Positions 50,407 to 62,400 of a stretch of DNA of 64,000 bases are shown here, in pieces. Within the stretch, counting starts at the first letter, position 1, and each line of letters starts with the position of its first letter. The stretch is from Paragordius varius. Its lineage: Eukaryota; Animalia; Nematomorpha. The notes beneath the pieces are model-generated. The model was given only the letters and a program-made list of their open reading frames with translations, ran no database searches and had not been told where the DNA came from. The stretch lies in the NCBI GenBank assembly GCA_964247055.1, contig OZ176052.1, positions 4,340,001 through 4,404,000 on the forward strand, written 5' to 3'. Made by a program: the position numbers and the translations under genes.

Positions 50407-53400
50407 AGGATTCGATTCGCATCTTTAAATTTAAATAATTTGAGCTTAAAAGTGGTTATTATCATAATTAGTATATTTCTTTTATAAATGTATAAGTATC
50501 TTTGTCAAAACAACTATATGCAAATATATGATATTTTATTACTTAGTTTTTCCAGTTTTTATCTGACGAAGTTTATATAAAAATATAAACGAAATATATC
50601 AAATATATTTATACATGGTTCAAATATATTTCCCTAAATATTTTAAAGAATGTTTCAATTTTTTCTCGTATTTTCTGTTTTTAGATGAAAAATCGGACGG
50701 AACCGTATGCCTTCGGTTGAACACGGTGTTGGAACCATCGTATTTGTTACTTAAATACATGAAATCACCCAAACAAATTAAAGCTCTGAGCCCTTTTATC
50801 GAAGCTTACGTACTTTGGATCCTTAACGCCATATATGTTAAATACACGCAATATAAATGTAATCAATCGGTAGTAAATAATGCACCTAAAAATGAGAAAA
50901 TAATCAAAAATTCTATAATAATACCCGAGGAGGAGAATTTGGTTTTAGAAGCCATTGAGTTGGAAAAAAATATGAATGTTGTCCAGAAAAAAGGGCAAAA
51001 TCAAACCACTACTTTTGTTATAATGTTTACGCTTGATACGTATCTGGTGGAGAGTGTCGTACAATGCTTAACATTCCTAACCAATTTCTACATAAAATAT
51101 AATGAAGCTATTCAGGATTCAGAGAGCCATATGGAAAAGTTAATTACCACCATTTGTACGCTTAAAGAAAATTTGGAAGATAGGTATAACATTAGTTATA
51201 TATATTATATAATTTTCTTAAAATGTGATTTAAGTTTTTTTGTAAAACCCGGTAACAAAGTTTTTTTAACTAAAAAAGTATTATATTATATATAAATTAG
51301 GAAATATAACTATTTTTGCTTGATTCACTTAAAACATTTCATTACGAAAAATTAAATATTAATTTTAATTATAACGTTGAAAATAATAAACGATGCAATT
51401 TTAACGCTAAAAATCATAAAATCAAAATCTTAATTTTTTAGGCAGTGTTGTTGAAGAGATCTTAAATAAATACATTATATTTTTGGTATATTGTGTTAAA
51501 TCAGAATCTCACCAAATAAAAATGCGAATAAAACCCAAATATATTTTTGATATACAGTATGCATTTTAATGGTTGCTTATTTTACACTGTAGTAGGGCAA
51601 TTTGTATCGCAGGAGTGTATGAAAAAGAAGAAAGAAATAATTGTTTTGTGTTGCAAAATGCCCTACTATAGTGTAAAATAAGCAAGCATCAATTGCATAC
51701 TGTAAATATTGTATCGTCTCCCGGAAATTATACAATTAATTGATTGATCATATTAAAACCATCATTCATAAACGCAATATACTAATAAAAATAATAAGCT
51801 ATAAAAATTCATGTGATTAACATGTAATGTTATTATAAAACCACCAGTTATTAAGTTTAAACTATCATCTTTGTTGTAATTATTTCTATTTTCGGAAGTG
51901 TCACTATTTCCTTTTATAATTCTGTTTGATATTATAAATGGGTATATATTACATTTTTAAAATCTGGAATATAATTTTTGTCAAGCAATTTACTGTTAAA
52001 AGTTTTCATTTATACGTTCTGTCTGCCTATTCATTCAATGTTGCATTCCACATGAGAATGCTATTGTTTAAGTTTCTGGTCTGTTTAACGGTGTTTGTTT
52101 TTTTATTTTTTGGTTTAAAAACATCATAATATATAAAGTAGATTTAAAACTCTCTCTCCGATAATATATTTGGTTAAAATTTTACCAATACTGTCTATGG
52201 TTTTTGGAAAATACGGGTGATTCATATGATAATCAAATGATCTTTTCTCTCTATTTATGTTTTTGGCTAAGAATTAAGCTCCTGTAAACTATCACCATTA
52301 TTTAAAAAAATACTCTCTTTAATCAATTTAGTATCGGCAGACAGATAAGTATACGTTTAAATCAACATAAAATTTGTTTAGTTAAGGGACAAATAAATAA
52401 ATACGGTGTTGCAGAACATTGATTCACAAATGAACACATTCCAGAACTTGAAAATGTGAATTGTATACCCATCTATTAATATCAACCAGAAGTTGTTTGA
52501 GAAAGTATTAAAATCCAAAAAAAACATATAATTTTAAAAAATGTTTTATCCAATATATTTTTTAATTACCAACTTTTTAATGTTTTCTCAAAAATTTGAT
52601 CAGTCTTAAAAATATATTTTAATTTTATCTGCTAATATTGAATTAAATTTTATTTAGTATTACACTTTCAAACTTTTTCCATGATTTGGTGATTCTGATA
52701 ACACAACGCTTGTACGAAAGGTCAGAACCTAAGTTTAGGGAAAAAGCAGCCCAATTAGCCTCCATGTATGATATGTCTCACATATACCTTACCACGTTAT
52801 TTGAACAGGGAAAATATAACGAAATTTTAGCATACGTTCGAAGCATTATACAACGGTTTTTTTTAATTATGTTTTTGCATTAACTTTTATATTACTATTT
52901 CTCAAAAAAATGTAAAAGTTAAAATTTTTAATATAATTAGATTTTTATAAAGCTTAGATTTAATTTTAAATTTACGGATCGTTTACGAAAAATGATTAAA
53001 TTTTGTAACATTATTTAATATCAAACATATATTTGGATATCACAATTATTTAGACGTGTTTTAGACCATAACTTATTCATTTGATTCACTCTTAATACCA
53101 AATAATATAAATATTCATTTTAATAATAGATGTAACAACCCCTTGACAAATGAGTTACAACATTATAACCTAATTCAAAAGCTAGATAATATTTTCAATC
53201 TTTTGCTATCTACCTCAGAGGGGGATTGGATCTATCAACTTTTACGTTGGAATTCCATCGAAACTTTAGAATTACTTATTTTACCATTTAAGTCAAATAA
53301 CAATAACAATAGTCAATCAACATCAAATATACTTGAATCAAAACTCCACGCAACCCTTCTTCAATTTATGTGTCATGATTTAATTCAGCATTTAAATAAC

Positions 53401-56400
53401 TCACAATCAAACGTAAAAACACCCACAGATGAAAAATTTGATAATAATCATAATACAATAGAATCGTTGACTTTAATTCATGAAAAACTGTTTACTTTTT
53501 TGGAGGATTCCTCTAACTGCTCCTTATTATTCTCCACAAAAGATATGTCAACCCCAAATTACAATGTAACATCCTCCAATGTTGAATCTGATTTTAGCGA
53601 TCTTGTTATTGTTGATAATAATAATAAAAGATCATTTATTTATAAGAACTTAACTTTGATTGCTCAGACACTGTTAGAATACTATATTTTAGAGTTACCT
53701 AATGCTTGGCATGATTCACTCTTACTTGAGGGTTATAAAACACGAATACGCAATATTTTGTATCAAAGGAAGCTGGGCCCTACCCCAGCATACAATCCTG
53801 AGTCTATTATGACCCTTATTCAAAGATGTTGGAACATGTTAACAACACTTAATGATAATAAATACCTTGCTCTTAATGGCGATCATTTGAAACTTAATAT
53901 CTGTGCTTTCCTACGTGAAATATTAACTTACCTTATAAATCTCAAAGGTATACAATATATAATCAAGTTTTGGATTGACTTATTAATATTTAATATCTTA
54001 TTGCAGTTTTATTAAAATAAAGGAGTTGTGGTATTAATAAAAGATTTGCTCTAAAATTATAGCCATTTTTCTCAAAGATTTTCATTATAGAAAAATAACT
54101 TAATATGCATTGCAACAGGTTTCCATAGTTAACTCATTTTAATCTTAAAATTATGCAGAAATTATTACTCACTACGAATTTGTGCAATTAAAATATTTTT
54201 AAATAGGCCAATTATACATTTGTTAACGCCTAATATATGTTTATTTGCGACAATAATTAACTCTTTTATATTTTTGCTTATATAGACGCAACTCAATCTA
54301 ATGCAGTTTCAAATCGAATTTCAAACATAAAGAGTTTTTCCACGGATAATGGTTTTTTGTTACATTTAAATAATTTTAAAACATAAATATTTTTACAATG
54401 TTATATAAAACTAAAAAAAATTGTAAATTAATTGAGATAAAATATACCGTTTGAAGAGTGTTTTATTCCAAATCATAAATTTTAATATTATGTTTTACAA
54501 TTTTAATACTATTTGTTTTTAAACGTATTATCTAAAAATATAAATATATATCATAGATAAATAAATTTAATTTCTATAACATTAATTTATTAAGGTTTAA
54601 TATTTCACACCCGAAAAAATAGATTGAGGTAAAATTCAACAAAATATAAAGTTGATGTTATAAGAAAAATTGGTTTATAATATTTATATTAGGTGTTGTA
54701 TGGTTTTGTTGAAACTTGCTTAATTATCAGTCTATTTATTTTTTTGTTTTTAATATATTGCTCAACATAATAACCAACGCTCAATTATTAAGAGAAATAA
54801 AATATATTTCTTTTTTAAAACTTTTAAATGTGGTTATTTCCCACATAGTTTATGCTTATTTACGACGTATCATTTATAATTTATTAGGTTTTAGAAATAT
54901 TTCTGTTAATTAACAATAAATCCTCATTTTAAAGAGGTTTAAATTATATGATGAAAATTATTTCCAAAATTGAGGTTATTATAAAAGTTGTTGATTCAAT
55001 TACAATGCGAATTTCTTGTTCATTAATTATCAAAATATTTTTAGCGAAAAGCAATATAATTGGCTTGAATTTGGTAATCTTTATTTCTTTTGTTTCTCTT
55101 ACTATCTTTTTAGAATGATATAATGTAATATCAGCAAATTAATAATAAATTTATTAATGAATTTTCGTTAGATTCCTCTAACTTCTTCGGATTAACATAA
55201 AAATAAAATTTAAATAATTACATTATATCATTCTAAAACATACTGATTCAGCCTAATCCATAATAACACTAGTCAACAAATTTAGACAGCACCACCACTC
55301 AAACTTTTTAAATTATGACTAATTTCAGTGTTTTAAAACCGAATTTAAAAAATTTTTTGATCCCGCCAATCAGAATTTTTAAATTTTATACGTTTTTCAA
55401 TTTTTCAAAAACAAGAGAAAATCGAGAGAAAATTAAATATAACTTTATAAATGTTACTATATTATAAACTTAATATCATTTAATAAAGCGTTTTAAACTC
55501 TATCTTTTGAATATAAATATGTCATTTAAATATCAGAGAGAAAAATATAGTACGGACCTAAACGTCAAAATTTAGTCTGTTTTTCAAGTGAATTTTTAAC
55601 ACATATAAAAATTTTTTAAAAAAAATACTGAAAAAGGCATTCTATGGTTTAAACCTTCGGCTTTCAGATAGGCTATATTTTTTTGTTAGTTTTCGTTCTT
55701 TTGAGTACTTATTAGACTTTTTCTCTTGAGTTGGTTCTTATAAAAAATCCTTTATTTATACCAAGTGGATATACCTTATTTTTTTAAAATTATTGGTTGT
55801 TTTGTATTTTGAATGTCAGATGGATGTTGTGTAGTCGCTTTTAGTAGAATTTACTGTTATGGGATTGGACCATTTGTATTTACCTAATTTATATTCAATT
55901 TAATTGTAGAATTTATCTAACTTTATTCTGTAAATTGGTTAATTTGACATGTCAATTTGCCTGGATTTTGCTTGCAAGTCTCTCTTATCGGACTTTACGA
56001 TTACTTATTGTTATCTTTGCCACATCTGGCATAATTATAGGATCGCTTGGGGGATATGCAGAGCTTGTGCAGCCGCCCGGATCTATCACACTATATATAG
56101 GCCCCTTTTAGATTTTTAATACTTTGGCTCTTAGCTTGTTTAGTATCTTATTTAATGCCTAGAATTTGTTATCCATGCATGGAATATTACTTGTATCGAC
56201 TTGCTCGTTTGAATATTTAAACATATGTGCACGAGGAATGATTGTTATTTTGAATTAAATACAAATTTAAAAATTAAATTTTGGAAAAATCCTATTGGTG
56301 GCCTCAATTTTCTTTTTTGTTTTGGCCTTTCCATGCCATTAGGTATTAGAAAATGCAAAAATAATGGGGTGGTGCAAAACCTTGTTGAGCAGTGTAATTA

Positions 56401-59400
56401 ATTTAACTAGCACAAGGCATGCATATTTACTCACATTGTATAATTCTGTATTAATTCAACATATAGAATGGACAGATGAAATGTTGACTTTATGGTTACA
56501 ACGTGCTCTACAAGATTTTGAATTTAGCGGTTTGAATGATATAACCGATTTGTTTAAACTGTTTCAATCATCCCCAGTCGGTTCTCGAATACCAATTGAT
56601 GTAGTAAAGGTTTGGATTTGACTAAACTCATATATGGAAAAAACAAAAACAATGTTTTTTAGTTTCATTTCTAGTTTATTTTTTTAAATTTGACTAAGTT
56701 TACTTGTAATAAAAAATTCATGCTATAAATATATCCAATTATTGCTGAATCTAAATAATTTCAATTTTTAAAATATTGATTTTTTGTAGAGTTGTTTTTA
56801 ACTCTAAGTTGTTTCTTTTTGAATTTCACATTATATATATTTTTATAGCCATATTTACGACAATACTATGACACTCATTCTAAAAAGCTTAATGAGTTGA
56901 CGATTGTTATCGAAATATTACGCGAAAACATACATAAAAACGAAGAAATGATAAATGATTTGACCAACAAGTATAACAAAATTTTGTATCCTACACCTTT
57001 TAACACATATTTGATTTTGAAATGTTAATTATTTTCCAAATCAAAAATGTATATAATATCAATTATATACATTTTTAACCGGGGCTTGCCGAACATGGAA
57101 CCGGAACCCAATTCCTGGTATTTTAACAAGAACCGGTTCCATTGGGATGGAACCAATGCGGTTCCGGTTCCAACCGTTTAGGAACCAACCCGGTTCCGGT
57201 TCTACCCGCTTAAATACTGGTTCCCATATGATTTTTATCATAAAATTTTATTTTATTATTTAAATTTGATTGTACCACTACATATTAAATATTTCAAACT
57301 TCAAACCTAAAACTAAGCGCCTAATATTATATTAGTGATACTCTCTGAATTTTGGGCGATTCGGCTGTTCTAAAAAAACTAATAGTCATTCAAGTTTATT
57401 TATAATACATATGTTCGTACATATAGGTCCCCGTTGAAAAGAGTTTTTCACCCTTTAATTTATATTTTCAGACCTGAGAAGCAGTACCAGCAAATTAATG
57501 GAACAAGCGCGCCGGTTCCATTTGTTCAGGAACCACCCCGGTTCCGGTTTCACTTTTTTTTGAACCGGTTCCAAGCCCTGTTTTTAACACATTTAATTAA
57601 TATTATTTTTTACGCAAATGTTATATATTTATGTATTTTATTTTATAAACTATTTTATCAATTTGCGTTTTATTAAATATAGTGTGTTACCAAAAATATT
57701 AGAGGATTATTACAAGACCATTATATCAACTCTTTTCTTAATGTGAAAGGAAATTTTTAAAAGCGTACGTTACAATAGAAAACATTTTATTTATATAACC
57801 AAATAACTTATTATTTATCAATAGATCTACATTTCATGAGCCATCTTTGTATAAAATAACATTAGTTAAAATGATATGCAGGCAAAACGTATAAATCTAA
57901 AACTTTATTAATCTAATCTTACCCTATAAATATTTTTTAGTCCTCAAACATTTACTCAAACCAAATGTTATGCTTGTCAACATTCATTGAGTGATTCAGC
58001 TTCGATTTATTTTTTTGCGTGTCAGCATGCATTTCATGTTAATTGTTTTGACACTTATGATCAATATATCCAATTTCAACAGCCTAAGACTATTAAAACG
58101 ACAAATAACCCTTTTCCATCCTCCGAAGCTGTACAGATTACATCAAGTTTCAATTTTTTTATATAAACACTTTTTGTTTTAACGTTACATATTGTTGTAC
58201 TAAAGTTTGACATTTTAAAACACTACAAGTGCTTACCGTTATCAGAGATTAAAGAGTTATTTTCATTAAAACAGTTTAAAAATTATAAATAAGAAATTTT
58301 GAATTTTTAGGCTACCCTTTAAAATGACCACTAGCTTTAAAAATAGGTGCTTTTTTCATGATTAAATATTGAGTTTGAATAAAAAATAGGCTTTTAGAAA
58401 GATAAGAGTTCATGAGTATATATATAATATTTTTTAACATTGTAGATAATAAAATTAAAGATATTCACGCATCATCTGTGGGGAACGACATATCCTCGCT
58501 TAAATACAATCCGATTATTATGGCAAAATTTATGGAAAGTATGGATACATATATATTTTAAATTTTTAGTTAAAAATATTTAAGTTAAGATTAATTTAAC
58601 ACATTCTTATTCAATCATGACACCCTGCATTTTATCAGCACATCCCTATAAGACGTAGATTTTATTATATTTCCAATAAAAATAATATTAAATTTATAAT
58701 CTTATAATAATTACAGTATGCATTTTAGTGTCTGTTAACTATTATAGCTAGCCAAACTAAAAGAAATGGTTTATTAAATGTTAATACACTGCCAATATGA
58801 AAGAGGATTGACGTTTGAATTAATATAGGCATAATTTGATGGAATTTTAAAGCAATTTATGTTAACATTTGTTTTAGTGTTGATACGTATTTAGCGGAAT
58901 TTCGTAGATGCTAATGTTTAATAAATATTAAAAAAGGTATTTTAAGTTATTTATGTTAATTATTCCTATTAATTATTAATATTTTTTATATTGATAAATA
59001 GCCGTATTATGCAAATTTAGTATTTTTTATATAATTAATTATAAAATACTTAGGTATAAATATTTGGATATGTGAAAATTTAGTAGATTTTAGATTTTTT
59101 GTTTTTTATGTTTTTCAGTAATTATTAATTTTTAAATATTTTTGATATATTAATAAATACAGGTAAAAATATTTGTGTTTTTAAAAATTAATGTAGATTT
59201 TTAATATTTTTAACATATTAAAAAATACAATTAAAAATCAAAGCTATTTTCCGGTTTTTATATGTAATTTTAATAACCAACCAATAGAAAAAATTAATCT
59301 AAATTCGCATAAAAATCGCTGTATAGATGCAAATTAAATATATTTACATAAAAAATTTTAGAGGTTTAAAAGTTTGATAAAAAAGACCTATTTTTATTTA

Positions 59401-62400
59401 AATTCCACAAAAAATACCAAACCGATATTTATAAATCATCATATATTCCAAAGCTACGAAAAACTAATAATTACTAATTATAAATAAATTTATTTATGTA
59501 TAAATGTATTATTATCATAATATAAGTTAATGTTGGAAATCATCTAGCTACATCCTGGTTGATCTATATCATCATCAATATCATTGACCGTATCTGTATG
59601 AGATTTCGTGTATGTTAGATTTGCTTAACATATAAATTACGATTAATACCTCTAGGTTTGATTTCTTTTTTTAAATTGTTGTATTTAGTGTGATAAGAAT
59701 TTTGATTTATATCTTTAGTTATTATAGGAGGACAGTGTGCTAATTTCGACACCACTGATTCCAAAAGCGTGGGAGTCTAACTATCTATAACATTATAATT
59801 TAATGCACTGGTTTGATAATCTTCATAATCCGAGTGATCATCTATATAAAAATTGATTATTGGGTTTTTAAAAATTATAATTATTTCTATCTTTTTTTTA
59901 TGAATCAATAACAAAAATACCTGATAAAAGACTGGATTAGTTATCATGCCAAAGATCATTGGATCTTTAAAAATTTAGATTTTATTACCATCATTCTCTG
60001 AGATGATGAAATCAATTAAAAACGATGGATATGTTTTTCAACAATTTAAAAACTGATATTACTAGTTTTGAAGTCCAGAACTATTATTAAAATAAAAGCT
60101 ATTTGGAGCTACGTTATCATTGTTTGAGAGCACGATAATAAAAATAAAATTTACCTTCATAAAATTTGCAAAAAATTATTTTTTTATGATCAAAAAATAA
60201 AAAATGATATTTTTAATGTTTTCTATCTGCATTTTCTCTCTAAGAGCCAAATCTAAAAAAAAACACGAAAAATTCCCTACATAATATAGTCAAATAGAGG
60301 ATTGTTAAAAGGTGACAAAAGTATATCGATTTTCAATTGCGGTTGCTGTAAACCAATGAGGAAAGCATCCCAAATACGTTCCTCAATCGAATCATTGAAT
60401 TTGGCCTCTTGGCTGCGATCTTAACCCGTTCTAAAAATTGGGTGAAAGATTCAGCGTTGCTCCGCACAAGTCGAAAAAATTCAAATCTGCTTTAAAATTT
60501 TGATTTTGTGGTATTAGATACTTTTAGGCCTGTTGTCATTATCTCGCTCCATGATGCATCTTTTATATTTTTAGGATACAGTCGTTGATTTATTTTGTGC
60601 ACAATCAATAGACTACCATAGGCAAGCAAAGTTGTTTTGAGAGCTTGTTTTGTCACAGGGATATCTTTCACCTCCATAACATTTGTCATATAATCAACTT
60701 ATTCCTCAAACTTGATATTTAAGTTAGCGAGATTGTCATTAAGTATTGTCATGTTCGTTCGGATATCGGTAAGACCTCCACTAGCACAGAGGAGATCCCG
60801 AGTTCGAAGGTGGTGCCTCCATATGGAGCGAGAAAAAGTATCTAATACCACAAAATCAAAATTTCAAAACAGATTTGAATTTTTTCGACTTGTGCGGAGC
60901 AACGCTGAATCTTTCACCCAATTTTTAAACGGGTTAAGATCGCAACCGAAGAGGCCAAATTCAATGATTTGATTAAGGAACGTATTCGGGATGCTTTCCT
61001 CATTGGTTTACGGCAACCGCAATTGGAAATCGATATACTTTTTTTGACCTTTTAACAAGAATACAAACGAAATTTGATAAAATTTTCTTCTTCATGCCCA
61101 TATCATACCAGAAAAGCTTAGGCGTGCCTTGGGGAGTCATTATTTTATAAAAAATAGATTGAGTGTATTATAATATTTTAAAAACCCAATAATCTATTTT
61201 TATTTAGATGATCACCCGGTTTATGTAGAATATCGAACAACTAACATTAAAATATAATGTTATAGATAATAAGACTCCTACACTATTGGAATCAATGGTG
61301 TCAAAATTAGCACACTGTCCCTCTATAATAACTAAAGATATAAATCATAATTCTTTTCACACTAAATACAACAATAAAAAAAGGAAATCGAACGTAGAGG
61401 TATTTATCGTAAGTTATATGTTATCAAAATTGTAACAATTCTAACATAAACGAAATCTCATATCGATACGGTCAATAACATTCATTATATAGATGAACCA
61501 GGATGTAGCTAGATGATTTCCAACAGATAATAATACATTTATTTATTATTAGTTGTTCGTAGCTTTGGAATACATTACAGTCATGTAGGTTTAATAAATG
61601 TCAAACATTCGTTTTTAATTGATTTTACTTTGTTTTTAATTTTTTACAATAAATAGACTATTATTATTTTAAGGCTAAAAAATGCGCATGTTAAAAGTTG
61701 ACATCTCAAATAATCAATTAAAAACGTATGATTGACATTTATATAAATTCATGACTGTATATTAAATAATATATTAATATCGGTTTAGTATTTTTGTGTG
61801 TGATTTAAATAAAAATAAGTCTTTTTTATCAAACCTTTAAACCTCTAAAAATTTTTAATATAATATATTTTATTTGCATCTATACAGCGATTTTTATATG
61901 ATTATAGATTTATTTTTATATTGGTTGGTAAAATTACATATAAAACCGGGAAACAACATAGATTTTTACTTTATTAATATGTCAAAAATATTTTAAAAAT
62001 TATTAATAATTAACAAGGCAAAACATTAAAAACAAAAATATTTAAAATCTTCATAAATTACAAACCTGATATTTTTACCTACATCTATTTATAATAATTA
62101 TATCAAATAGAAAAATATAAATTTTGCATAATACCTATTTATTAATTTATTAACCATTAAAATCCACAAAATTCGCATCTAACTACGCGTCAACATTAAA
62201 ACAAATGTTAACCATAAATTTCCATAAAATATCCATCAAGTTAAGCCTATATTAATTTTCACGTCTATCCTCTTTAAAATTGACAAATAATTTTGTGGAT
62301 CAGTATTTTTAACATTTAATAAACCATTTCTTTACATGGCCAGCTATAAATTTAGTTAACAGACACTAAAATGCATACTCAATATTAACGTATTAAAATT

